A DNA stretch of 64,000 bases from Eledone cirrhosa (taxonomy: Eukaryota), in assembly GCA_964016885.1 (NCBI GenBank), contig OZ024740.1:225060001-225124000 (forward strand). Reading direction: 5' to 3'. Shown one piece after another: positions 52,304 to 64,000 of this stretch. The position numbers were made by a program, and so were the translations under genes. Positions within the stretch are counted from its first letter, which is position 1, and every line of letters starts with the position of its first letter. The notes under the pieces were generated by a model. The model was not told where the DNA came from and made no database searches. It worked only from the letters and a program-made list of their open reading frames with translations.

Positions 52304-52846
52304 ATGGGTTATAATGGTGCTAATGGCAGGTGTAGGAGCGTAGGTAACAACGTAGATAGCAATAATAATAGCCTTGCCGTGGGAACTAGAAGGGACCGCG
52401 ACCGAAATTGCAACTGCCGCGACAGGGGACGCTGCCCCATTAGGGATAATTGCCTCACTGATAGGGTTATATATAGGTGCACCGTAACTAGCCATAATAG
52501 CGTTAAACATTATATAGGGGCTACCTCTGGCCCGTTCAAAAATAGATTTCGAAAACATCTCCACTCTTTCGCAAACAAGAAACTAAGACACTCCACTTCG
52601 CTCGCGAATTACATCACAGCATTAAAAGACTCAAACATCAGCTTCTCCACGCACTGGGAAATTGTCGGCAGAGCTGCACCGTACAACTTCAAGAGGAAGT
52701 GCGAGATTTGCCTCATGGAGCTCTACCATATCATTACGGAACCCCACGAGCTCATCAACAGTAGAGCTGGATCGACGATAAGCTGTACACACCGCTTAAA
52801 AATATCCTACTCCAGATGGAATAAGAACGAGGAGTGGAAACCGTAA
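52304..52846 (+). CDS. PLE GIY-YIG endonuclease with Cys-rich linker (uninterrupted 180-aa ORF)
   Basis: CNCRDRGRCPIRDNC, VIYRCTV...HYIGAT...FKNRFRKH..SF, STSLANYI, CEICLME, LINSR, CTH. Confidence 0.75.
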   Translation: MGYNGANGRCRSVGNNVDSNNNSLAVGTRRDRDRNCNCRDRGRCPIRDNCLTDRVIYRCTVTSHNSVKHYIGATSGPFKNRFRKHLHSFANKKLRHSTSLANYITALKDSNISFSTHWEIVGRAAPYNFKRKCEICLMELYHIITEPHELINSRAGSTISCTHRLKISYSRWNKNEEWKP

Positions 52847-53206
52847 ACCGGGTCTCCCTGCACCAAGCTTTAACACCCCGGCGGGCAGGCGCTGCAAAAA
52901 ACATCCGGAAACTAACCATGCATCCCGGACACAGCAAGAATCGACCCTGGCGAGCAGACGCAGAAAACAAACGTCTCGAAACTAACGTTGCATACCTGAC
53001 TCTGTGTGTATCGACAATGGTAGTACCCGACATAGTAGTACCCGATAAAAAAATCGTCCGGAAAAGACTGCTCTAACACCGGCTAGAGTTATCTCCCTTG
53101 ACCTACTGCAAAATCAATACATGTTTTTTTACGAAGTACGAACTCTGACGTGAACTTATCTCTAAAAACCCATTCCGGGTCATGTAAAGAACGCTTTTTA
53201 GTTGTT

Positions 53207-53248
53207 TATGCCATTGAGAAGCCCATTAGGCGAAACGTACGTAGGTGC
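53207..53248 (+). ncRNA. Decayed type I hammerhead
   Basis: UGCCA-UUGAGAA-GCC(CAUUA)GGC-GAAA-CGUACG-UA-GGUG; core has two substitutions. Confidence 0.55.
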
Positions 53249-53302
53249 TATTTTAAAAAAACATGTTTTAACGGTTTGCCCTCCTTTATTTACTTCTCCA
53301 CG

Positions 53303-53333
<31 letters not shown>

Positions 53334-53924
53334 ATTCAAATTAATGATGCTAACATTGCAATGAGTAAAATAAAGGAATCTTTGAGGGAGTGTTCCATTT
53401 TTTCAGTCAAGAGAATGGCTTACTCCTTAATTTAACATGTAAGTGGCTGAGTATTACATAGATAAAGGCACCCTTAACATAATTTACAGAGAAATTCAGT
53501 TTAACAAAATCTGTAATAAAGTTGACCTTTTAAATTATAGATACAGTCCATTTAATGGGCATTCAAACAATTTCTGTCTACCCAATTACATTCATTCACA
53601 AGGCTTGGCATGACATGAATCTATGTTAAAAGATGTTTGCAAGACATTTGTCCCTAAGACCAATCCCAGGGCCTCATTTTTGAATACATATGTGTGTTTT
53701 TACTTTGCATTTAACAAAGCTAGCCATGAGATTTGTCTATGTCACATATAAATAGAAGTCCTGTTTCTCAGTGGTTCAACATCTGAATATTAGTAGCTAC
53801 ATAAGAAACAGGTAACTGGTGCTGACAAGAACAGTATTTGATCAGAGAATACTGCTGCAAAATACAAATAAATGATATTGTCCAACTCATGTTAGCATGA
53901 TAAAAAGGATGGTTGGGATGTTGG

Positions 53925-54018
53925 GGATGATGATGATCATCATCCACTTCATCTTCATCATCATCATCCTTATCATCAACGTCCTCCTCCTCCACCTCCT
54001 CCTCCTCTTTATCATCAT

Positions 54019-54050
<32 letters not shown>

Positions 54051-54342
54051 CCACCACCGTTATCATCATCGTCATCATCATCATTATCAGCATCATCACC
54101 ACCAGCACCAGTACCTCCATCATCATCAGCACCACCACCATCATCATCATCATCATCATCATTACCATCAGCAGCAGCAGCAGCAGCATCACCACCACTG
54201 TCATCATCATCACTTCCACAATTGCCATCATCATCATCATCATCATCATTATCAACACCATCACCAAGACCATCAACATCATTATCATCATCATCATCAC
54301 CACCATGACCATTACCATCACTACCATAATCATTATCATTCT
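53925..54342. repeat. Degenerate (CAT/CAC/CAG)n trinucleotide array
   Basis: Direct reading. Confidence 0.95.
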
Positions 54343-55014
54343 CTTCTGAGACACTATTCACCAGATATTCAGACTTTTGTCTCGCAATAAAGGTTTTCTT
54401 ATTTATTCTGAAACTATTGAAATGTTTGATGGAAGAATAAGTGACAGATTAATCTCCTTCAAACAGGACAACTTCCATAAAGCAATGGATAGCTTAATGC
54501 ACTAAAATCTTAAAATCTCATTATCAACATTTTCTTTCAAGCTGTTGAATTACTGCAAGAATCTATGAATAGTTTTAGAGGGAATAATTTTATTAAATAG
54601 TTGTAGCTGGGAAATGAATTTAACATAAATAAAAGTTTTAAAAGGGAGAAGAACAATGTCTGACTTAAGAGTTTAGTAGAAATTATTTTACTTTTTTAAC
54701 TTAGCTTCTAGTCATTGATTTCCATTTGTCATTATGGATGAGCTGAGCATGTCATTCATTGATCATCAGCATCATCATTTTTATGTTCCTTTTCCATGCT
54801 CACATGGGTTGGATGGGTCTTTCTCAGCTTTCCACTAATTCTTTGTGATCTCTTATTTGAGTCTCAGTGATTTATATATATATATGGAAAGTTATATTTA
54901 AATTGTTGGGTTACAACTAGTAAATATTTATAACTGATATAAAAGCACTCGACAAATATTTGGAGTATATTTACGATATTAAATAAATGGAAACTATATT
55001 TATAAAACCATATT

Positions 55015-55080
55015 TATTTCATTATATATATTTCAGGGATATCATATTAACAATATGTTATGCCTTCTTCAGACAAAATA
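55015..55080 (-). ncRNA. Minimal type I hammerhead ribozyme (CUGAAGA)
   Basis: Reverse complement of 55232-55297 with N7 = A. Confidence 0.85.
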
Positions 55081-55231
55081 CAATATAAACAGTTTTATAG
55101 ATAAATAGATTTGACATACCGTACAACATCGACTTGTATTTGAATTCAATTTTTCCCAATTCAACTTTTCAAATACAAGTCGATGTTGTACGGTATGTCA
55201 AATCTATTTATCTATAAAACTGTTTATATTG

Positions 55232-55297
55232 TATTTTGTCTGAGGAAGGCATAGCATATTGTTAATATGATATCCCTGAAATATATATAATGAAATA
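55232..55297 (+). ncRNA. Minimal type I hammerhead ribozyme (CUGAGGA)
   Basis: UAUUUUGU-CUGAGGA-AGGCAUAGCAUAUU(GUU)AAUAUGAUAUCCCU-GAAA-UAUAUA-UA-AUGAAAUA. Confidence 0.85.
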
Positions 55298-55356
55298 AAT
55301 ATGGTTTTATAAATATAGTTTCCATTTATTTAATATCGTATATATATATATATATA

Positions 55357-55445
55357 AACGGAAAAGAATGAAACAAAATTTCATTTCTCACTCTTAGTAT
55401 GGCTGATACCTAAATATAAGTATGTATATATATACGTATACATAC
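55357..55445 (-). mobile_element. Short fragment of the 49723-50314 family, in (TA)n
   Basis: GGAAAAGAATGAAA...TTTCATTTC.CACTCTTAGT..GGCTGATAC.TAAATATAAGTATGTATA matches 49764-49832. Confidence 0.8.
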
Positions 55446-55514
55446 TTATATTTATATATATATATATATATATAAAATACATTTTAAATGATGATGATGA
55501 TGAGGAGGAGGAGG

Positions 55515-55560
<46 letters not shown>

Positions 55561-55562
<2 letters not shown>

Positions 55563-58500
55563 AATCTTGTATTTTTGTTATCGCTTGTTAAATACGAGGA
55601 TCTTATTCAAACCTTACCTTCTCGCTAACAACTCCACACCCATCCCGCCCGCCATTATTATTACGTGGACCAATCATAAGCCAGAGGCCTATACTATCGC
55701 TTACCTGGATGCCTTTCGATATGATGGATGGATGGACTACGGAATTCTGGAGAGTGGAAGAGAGAAAAATCTGGACGCTCAGCGACAATGCCAAAGATAA
55801 AGACAAATTCACCTCATGGACGAGAATGTGAGCACTCCTCTTTGTTTCGGCCGCGGATGGCTAACATAACCCCATCTCCCCCCGCTCCCCACCGCTCCCA
55901 CCCCCCAAACGCAATCCAAAACTTCAGAGTTGGTACCATGAATGTAGGCACCTTAAAGGGTCGCTCTAACGAGGTTGTAGAAATGCTCGAACGTAAGGAG
56001 GTCGATGTTTGTTGTATTCAAGAGTCCAGGTGGAGGGATGGGTCTGCTAGTTTCATTGAGGGTAAAAAACGATGCTATAAGCTTTTCTGGGTGGGAAATG
56101 ACAACGGGCTGGGTGGAGTAGGAATCATGGTAGCAGAAAAGTGGGCAGATAAGATAATAGACGTAAATAGAGTGAACGACAGAATAATTAAAATAAGACT
56201 TGTCCTCAATAGAACTACGGTGACAGTAATATCTGCGTACGCACCCCAATCCGGACTGCCCGGCACTATAAAAGACAGATTCTATGAGACACTGATGCTC
56301 ACTACCTCCCAAATAACTATATGACTATATAATTATTGCAGGTGACCTAAATGGACACGTTGGACAACATTGTGACGGCTACGACGAAATCCATGGAGGC
56401 TATGGGTTTGTTACTAGAAATGAGGAAGGCTCCAGAATCCTGGAATTCTGTGATGCAAATAACCTAACTATCTGTAACACTAACTTCAAAAAACGTGACA
56501 ATCACCTGATCACCTATAGATCGAGGGAACACACAAGCCAGGTAGATTATATCCTTACCAGAAGACGTGACAGAGTGTCTGTTGTAAACACTAAATCCCT
56601 CCTCCATGAAGAATGCACCTCCCAACATAGACTGATAATTAGCGACCTTATAGTCAGGACGAGATGTACTAGACAGCAGAAGAGGACTATCCTCAGGAGA
56701 AAAGTATGGAAGCTAAAGGACCCCATAGCCAGAAATAAATTTCAAAGCATATTACTTGATGCTTTTGACAGTAAGGAAGAGCAATTAGAGTCATATAATA
56801 TAGAGGAACAGTGGGAATTCCTGAAAGCAAACCTGCTGATGGCGGCAAACGAAGTCTGTGGCTGGAGCAGGCCTGTAGGTAGGAGGAGAGTAACATGGTG
56901 GTGGAACAGTAAGGTGGAGGGGTCAATTAAGGCCAAAAAGCAGGCTTGGAAAGTATGGCGGGATGGGGGAAGTAGAGAAGACTATCAAGTGGCCAGGAGG
57001 GAAGCTAGGAGACAAGTGTACTTCGCAAGAAGGGAAGCAGAAGAAAGAAAGTTCAAGCATGTTCTACAACGCGAGGACCAAAAACGTGAGGTGTTCAGGC
57101 TTGCTAGGCAATGTGTCAAGGAAAACCGTGATATTGTCGGGGAGAAGTGTGTACTTAATGATGACGGCGTACTTGCCATCACCGATGCTGATAAGAAGGT
57201 AGCTTGGAAGTGTCACTACGAAAGGCTACTAAATGAGGAGAATAAATGGGAGAAAGAGAGTCTCCCCCACATCGACCCAATAGAGGGACCAGCAGTGTTA
57301 GTCGAGGGTAGTATAATAAGTAAGGCAATCAAGGATATGAAGACGGGTAAGGAGGCTGGGCCTTCGGAAATAGTTGCTGAGATGCTGAAGGCATCTGGCA
57401 CGGTGGGACACACCATGGTCACCCGGATAGTTAACCAAGTTGTACAGAATGGGGTTGTTCCGATGGACTGGTGTAGCAGCATCATCGTTAACTGTTATAA
57501 GGGTAAAGGAGATGCCCTAGATAGGAGTAACTATAGAGGCATTAAATTAATCGACCAGGTCATGAAGGTCACGGAAAAAGTAATAGCGCAACTAATCAGA
57601 GAGAGAATTGACCTCGATGAAATGCAGTTCGGGCTTGTGTCAGGCAAAAGTACCACAGACGCTCTTTTCATTGTACAACAACTACAGGAGCAGTACCTAG
57701 CTAAAAGTAAACCCCTATACTTCGCTTTTGTCGACTTGGAGAAAGCCTTCGAAAGAGTCCCCCGTTCCATTATCTGGTGGGCTCTTAGAAAACTAGGTGT
57801 TGACGAATGGCTTGTGAGAGCTATACAAGCCATGTATAAAGAAACAGTCAGCAAGGTTAGAATTAACAACGAATATAGTGAAGAGTTTAGCTTAAATGTT
57901 TGCGTCCATCAGGGCTCTGTTCTCAGCCCCCTACTATTTATTATTACCCTTCAGACTATAACAGAGGAGTTCAAGACCGGCTGCCCATGGGAACTCCTAT
58001 ACGCAGATGACCTAACACTCATAGCTGAATCAATGGCCGAGCTAGAGAAGAAATTCCAAACATAGAAACACGGCCTAGAATCAAAAGGCCTTAAAATTAA
58101 CCTGGCTAAGACCAAAGTTCTAGTTTGTAGGAAAGAAAATAAGGTGGCGGTCCCTTCCGGGAAGTGGCCATGCTCAGTGTGTAGGAAAGCCGTAGGTAGA
58201 AACTCCATTTTGTGTCCGAAATGCAAAGTATGGGTGCATAAAAGATGTAGTGGGATCACAGGTAAGCTAACTAAGAACATAGATTTTACATGTGGCCGGT
58301 GCTCTGGTGCAATAAGTAGCAGCAAGTGCCCACAAATACTAGCTCTTTCAACTGCGCAGAGGGCTCTATAGAAATAGTGGACAGCTTCCGTTACCTGGGT
58401 GACAAGATCAGCAGTGGGGGAGGGTGCTCTGAAAGTACAGTAGCTAGAGTCAGAACTGGATGGAAAAAGTTCAGAGAGCTTATACCACTATTAGCCGCTA

Positions 58501-59460
58501 AAGGGTTCTCCCTAAAAATGAAAGGCAGGTTGTATGATGCCTGCATACGAACAGCAATGTTGCATGGCAGTGAGACCTGGGCATTGTGTGCAGAGGATAT
58601 ACGCAGACTAGAGAGGAACGAAGCTTGCATGCTCCGCTGGATGTGTAATAGTAATATACGTGAACGGCAAAGCATAAACGAACTAAGGAAAAAATTAGAA
58701 ATAAGAGGGATCAGATGTTGTTTACTCGAGAGAAGGCTACGTTGGTATGGTCACGTGATGTGCATGAAAGACGATAGCTGTATAACAAAGTGCAGGGCAA
58801 TAAAGATAGACGGTAGCCACGGAGTAAGTAGACCCAGAAAAACCTGGGACGAGCTGATAAATTCCGACCTCACACACTTACACCTCTCCAAGACAATGTC
58901 ACTGGACCGAGAACAATGGCGGTACTCAGTAATAGAGAAGACCTGCCTTACCTAAATACAAAGTAAATCCTACTACAGTCAGTAGGCATCTCTAACAAAA
59001 TACACCCCTTCCCACCACCCCCACCCCATCCACACTGCCCCTTTCAATGTAAAGTTATGTTGGTGCCACAACATCCAGGCCGAAACAAATGAGATCGTGT
59101 AGGTGTCACAACAAAAAAACACACAGTCCCCGCTGTAATGTGGCCATGTAGGCAACACGGTAAAAACCTCCCAGCCCCACACTGTAAATGTGGTTGGTGT
59201 TAGGAAGGGCATCCAGCTGTAGAAAACCCGTCAGACAGTCCATGCTGTAATGTGGCCATGTAGGCAACACGGTAAAAACCTCCCAGCCCCACACTGTAAA
59301 TGTGGTTGGTGTTAGGAAGGGCATCCAGCTGTAGAAAACCCGCCAGACAGTTCTATGCGAGCAAGACAATCACTCTTGCCTCAAGTGGGAAAACCCCCGT
59401 CCAAACCCATGCAAGCGTGGAACACGGACGTTAAACGTTGATGATGATGATGATGATGAT
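55561..59460 (+). mobile_element. Apparently full-length RTE LINE (copy E); frameshift near 56320, TAG at 58063, frameshift near 58335; 3' UTR duplication
   Basis: APE ORF 55728-56324, RT ORF 56575-58065 with YADD, C-terminal ORF 58326-58955, (GAT)7 tail; starts after (TA)n. Confidence 0.96.
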
Positions 59461-60049
59461 ATACATACATGTGTGTGTGTGTCTACTTTTAGAACCGTTG
59501 AGCAGATATGATTCTTTTTTTTATATTTGTTAATTTTAATTCAACATATATGTAAAAGGAATAATTACCCACTCAAAGGTTTTGAAATATATTGTTTGTT
59601 GAAGTGCTGGCAGATTGATAAGGTTTAAAATAATGGGAAAATGTGTCAGCCTTACTTTGGTGCAACTGATAAGCACAGGAATTTGGTATACATGCAGTTT
59701 TTACTAAAGTCAAAAACGTACATTGAAGTTGTTAACTTTAAGTTAACATACATTCAAATAAAATTCATAAACTTCTCATTGGTTCTAAAAATAAATTGTT
59801 TCTTTACATAAAGGGTGTAATAGATAAGGCTTAAAATATCAGAAAAATTGTTCAGCCTTGCTTTGATGCATTTGGTAAGCACAGCCTTCTGTTATACTGC
59901 AGATGTCATATCAAGTCCAAAAGCGATGCTGTTCTAGTTCTTCCATGTCCAGGGCTAATATGCTCAACTTGTTTTTCAGTCACAAATGTATTTACCTGAT
60001 TATTATTTAGAGTGATCACTCAGGCATGCCAATCTCTACTCTCTAGACC

Positions 60050-60232
60050 ACCGATGTTGTCTAAGGGAAAGGCAATGGCTGATACAACTTGGCATCAGTG
60101 ACATCAAAACTCATTTCTACAGCTGAGTAAATTGGAGCAACATGAAATAAAGTGTCTTGCTCAATACCCAGTCTTGGATCTGAACTCACAACCTTACGAT
60201 TGTGAACTCAATGCTCTAGCCACTAAGCCACG
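60050..60232 (-). mobile_element. tRNA-derived SINE (family of 39870-40052)
   Basis: TGAACTCACAACCTTAC.ATTGTGAACTCAA..CTCTAGCCACTAAG shared. Confidence 0.78.
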
Positions 60233-60709
60233 ACATTCATAATAAACAATGTTCAAATAAAATATTGATATAGAAACCCACATATTTAACTGACACAACC
60301 TCAAGTCAGACATTCACCAAGTGGTGTCCTCCCTATTGCACTTATATTATCATGCAATGGCTGAAGATAATCTGAATCTACTTTTGTTATTTCATTCTCA
60401 ACCAAAGCTATTTGCATATATTATGCATACTTTTACTTTTTAATACAACACCTACAAACGTTTTGATTTTTTTTTAAATGAATGTTCATTTTGTTGGAAT
60501 AAAATCATTTATTATATTCAAATTGAAAGGAAACTGAATTAATGTTTATTCATAACCAAACTTTTAAAATCAATGCTTTTGGCAATATAATATTATAGTT
60601 GTTTAAACATTTTAATTATAGTGTCAGCAAGCTTTTTCAAATTATGTGGGTTCTAATTTTTACTATTCATCTTAAATTGCTACAAATAAAGACTTACTTC
60701 GGTTTTGTC

Positions 60710-60757
60710 TTAACCCTTTTTGTTTGGATATGGCCAGTTTGAATGCTAAAGGGTTAA
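60710..60757. mobile_element. Tiny TTAA-flanked (piggyBac-like) MITE remnant
   Basis: TTAACCCTTT...AAAGGGTTAA. Confidence 0.5.
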
Positions 60758-60834
60758 AGTATTTATATTTATTTTAAATTCCCCTGTTAAGTTTTATGTA
60801 AGAATATTTGTTGAGTTATATTCCAAATACCAGT

Positions 60835-61075
60835 TTAATAATGAACAAGGTAAATGCTTCTACATTCTTGAGTGTTTTCAAAATGATTTGAAAATCATAG
60901 AAAGTGTTTTTCATTAAAAATAATGATAATGAAAGGAATTTTTGTCAAGTTATTCTTCAAATGACAGATTAATAATGAGTAAGTTATATTGTTAAATGTT
61001 TCTAAATTCTTGAGTATTTTCAAAATTATTTGAAAATCATAGTGTTTTTCATTACAAAATAATGGTAATGAAAGA
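60835..61075. repeat. Diverged direct repeat, 2 x ~105 bp
   Basis: TTAATAATGA...ATTCTTGAGT.TTTTCAAAAT.ATTTGAAAATCATAG...GTGTTTTTCATTA...TAATGAAAG twice. Confidence 0.8.
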
Positions 61076-61565
61076 CTTATAAATTTCTGTCATAAATGTT
61101 TTGATGAGATTTAAGTCTGGAGAGACAGCAGGGCGGATCAAAGTTTGAATTTCTTGCAGCAGACAAAATAACATGCAATATTTAGTTATGATTCTTTATG
61201 TTTCGAGTTCAAATCTCACCAAATCTTACCTTCATTCTTTTGAGATTGGTGTCAATATAATATAGTATTAGTCATGACAGGCTTTGATTATAGTTCTTAA
61301 AATCTTATTTGATCATCTCTAACAGTCAATTTCCAGAGTTATTAAAGCATCAGATAAAATACCTCATGATATTTGTTCTGACTCTCTACATTTTACATTT
61401 AAATCCTACTGATTTTCTTTTAGTGATCCATAAGGAAAGTATCAGCTAAGTACTGTTACATGTGCCAAGGAGGAGAGGCTGAGAATGTGTGTACATCTGC
61501 TTGTAACTACAAGGGCACTTAAAACTATTACTGAAACAAGCTACATGCTACCTCAATATATTTTG

Positions 61566-61820
61566 GAATTATACAAAGAAAAGGATCTTCATTTCTAAAC
61601 TAACTTCTAAGAGGAATGAAGATTATACCTTCATTGAGTTGATCGCCATTGATGTCGTATCATGAGTGACAGCCATATTAACGACATCAATGGCGATCAA
61701 CTCAATGTAGGTATAATCTTCATTCCTCTTAGAAGTTAGTTTAGAAATGAAGATCCTTTTCTTTGTATAATTCAAAAATGCATTTTGATGACAATGCATT
61801 TTCTTTTTTCTATTGATAAC
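61566..61820. repeat. Fold-back element: 93-bp arms (61566-61658, 61681-61773), 22-nt spacer, ~47-nt extension into (TA)n
   Basis: One mismatch between arms; no hammerhead core found. Confidence 0.88.
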
Positions 61821-61898
61821 TATATATATATATATATATATGCGCATAATAAAATACTTGGAACTCTTTTAACCATCTTTTGATCTTATATATATATA

Positions 61899-61930
<32 letters not shown>

Positions 61931-64000
61931 CACATATATATATTATTATTATTATGATTATTACCATCTTGCATTACCAGTAACCGGTTTGTTAAATGTA
62001 ATGAATGAGTTCACCAAATTCAAAATACTTTAACTGGAAATATTTCTGCTGTTAAATAGGGCACAGCTGTCATTAAAAATGCTGGCACTCTTCTTTGCCA
62101 ATCAATAATAGTAAAGATTTGCATATTGTTCTTGCCTCATAAATAAACCCAAAATTCTGAAAGAGTTGTTTCGTTTTTTTAGTTATAAAGAGTCAAGCTG
62201 TGCATCCCAAAAATAGTAATGTTTTTCTTTGTGGATGGTGACAAATGTTTGTCTCATTTAGTGATGTAAGTTAAGCTGAACATAGATAGATATGTTGCAT
62301 TATTTATTTAATTATATCAAATGAAATCTGATATGTTATAAATCAACAGATGGAAAAATCAATTATTTAGACACATTCTAAAATTTAAGAAAATTTACAG
62401 TCAAAGAACCAAAACAAAAGAATAAAAGAAATTTTCCTAGATTAATCTTTTATACCAAACTATCTGAAACCACTCATGTTTCTTTTAAACTCTTTGATAC
62501 CAAATTTCTCATGAAATACACTGTCTGTATGTCATTTTTGAAATAAACAACAATTTGGAAGGTTGAGAAAGAGAGCTAACATTCTCATAATCAAGCTGGT
62601 GTCTGGAACATAACTTAACAAAGGTTCTTACATAAAATTTTCATGGCGTGTCCTTAGATAAATATATGTTCTTTAAAACAAACAATTTTTTAATACATAA
62701 ATATATATTGTCTTTTATTCACAGTTTTATAAAAATATAATGATATAATGCTTACAGAACAAAAACACAAACACATAACATATACAAATATAAACACATA
62801 AAAGAGAGATAAAAACATAAAAAAAGAAAAAAAGACAATTTGCCAACTGTGACAATCGGTCGGGCATCACATCGCAGAATTAAGGCTGGTTTTTAAGTAG
62901 TTTGGGACCAAAATGTTTAAAATTTCTATATTTATCTAAAAACATACCATCATAATTTTATATAAGAAATTTTGTTGCGTTATGATTCCAACACCTACAT
63001 GATAATGAGAAAGTTACTTATTTTACTAAATCCTTCCAAATTCATGATTATTTTCTAAATGATTTGAAAATGATAGATGTCTTTCATTAGAAACATAGTA
63101 ACATTAGAAACATAGTAAGTGAAAGGATTAAAAATAAACTCCGCAATTAAATTATAGGCAGCACCAATGTCTAAAATCTCACAAATTTAGTAATTAGATT
63201 ATTAGAAGCCCTAATATTTTGGATATTTTAAAATTTTAAATGTTGGAGGTGTACCTTTGTTTTGATAAGAGGTGTATATATATATTTGTCTATATTGTTG
63301 TGTTTAATTGATTTTAATGTTTTATTCATAGACACAATTCACCTTCATTGTAAATGCAATAAAAATAAATGGAATTAAATATTATATACACTCATGTATT
63401 TATAGATGTTTATGTGTGTATGGGTGTATATACAAAACACACATACATACAATGCTTTCAGGGAAAATGGATGTTAAATGATGATAATGATGATATATAT
63501 GTATGTGTGTGTATATATAGATATATGTATAGATATGTATAATATATATATATATATATATATACAGACACATATACATATACATGTATTTATGTATATA
63601 TATATGTGTGTGTCTGTGTGTGTGTGTGCGTGCATGTGTGTGTGTGTGTGTATATATTGCAGACGATATCTATGAATGACATTACCAATCATATATATAT
63701 ACATATTTATTGGTTATTTTCATATTCATATTTAATAAGATTTCTTATCAGTCTGTCTGATCACAAATAATCTAATATATACCTTGTTATCAACCTATCT
63801 ACATATTCAAGATATCTACATATTCAAGATGCTACTAGATTCTTATATACACTTACATAAGTACAATGACAATTATTGAGTTAAATGCCTGCTACAAGAA
63901 AACACACTATATTATTGTGCAGGGCTACCCTTGAAAAATGAATAAAATTAATATATAATCAATTTAAGAAAAAAAATTTAAATATTTATCAAAATATATT

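Larger units (their letters stand above)
52068..53302 (+). mobile_element. Truncated or deleted Penelope-like element between (TA)n tracts
   Basis: Thumb-like YYNKALISAGF (from 52221, other frame), GIY-YIG ORF, decayed hammerhead near the end. Confidence 0.85.
54886..55340. mobile_element. Second palindromic double-hammerhead element in (TA)n: 173-bp arms, 23-nt spacer, 86-nt extension
   Basis: Arms 54972-55144 and 55168-55340, 2 mismatches; homologous to 51588-52035 except in the centre. Confidence 0.92.

Noticed and set aside
53768-54361. 197-aa Asp/Gly-rich ORF and overlapping Met- or Ile-rich ORFs
   Set aside because: Translation of a (CAT)n array; open in several frames by chance
54972-55340. 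A/G arm mismatches as fixed A-to-I editing
   Set aside because: Only a handful of sites, and transitions dominate ordinary mutation

Overview
AT-rich, microsatellite-dense eukaryotic (animal) non-genic DNA. The SINE/LINE repertoire looks coleoid cephalopod, Octopus-like, but this is inference only. No host protein-coding gene can be supported; nearly all long ORFs belong to retroelements. The window holds: (i) at least 6 large RTE-clade LINE copies with (GAT)n tails, whose RT carries an in-frame C4HC3 PHD-type finger; (ii) one full-length but frameshifted ~6.0 kb Tx1/L1-clade element sitting inside an (AAT)n tract; (iii) Dong/R4, CR1/L2 and Tc1/mariner remnants plus tRNA-derived SINEs; (iv) two Penelope-like (PLE) GIY-YIG fragments. 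The most notable feature is a set of small non-coding fold-back (inverted-repeat) elements, mostly in or next to (TA)n tracts, that carry minimal type I hammerhead ribozyme motifs. I count 8 with an intact CUGANGA/GAAA core plus several decayed or half copies. Two of these elements (51588-52035, 54886-55340) are ~175-bp-arm palindromes with a hammerhead on both strands, and their stem II sequences differ while keeping base pairing. The densest nest is 49.7-55.4 kb. All coordinates and pairings were read by eye.
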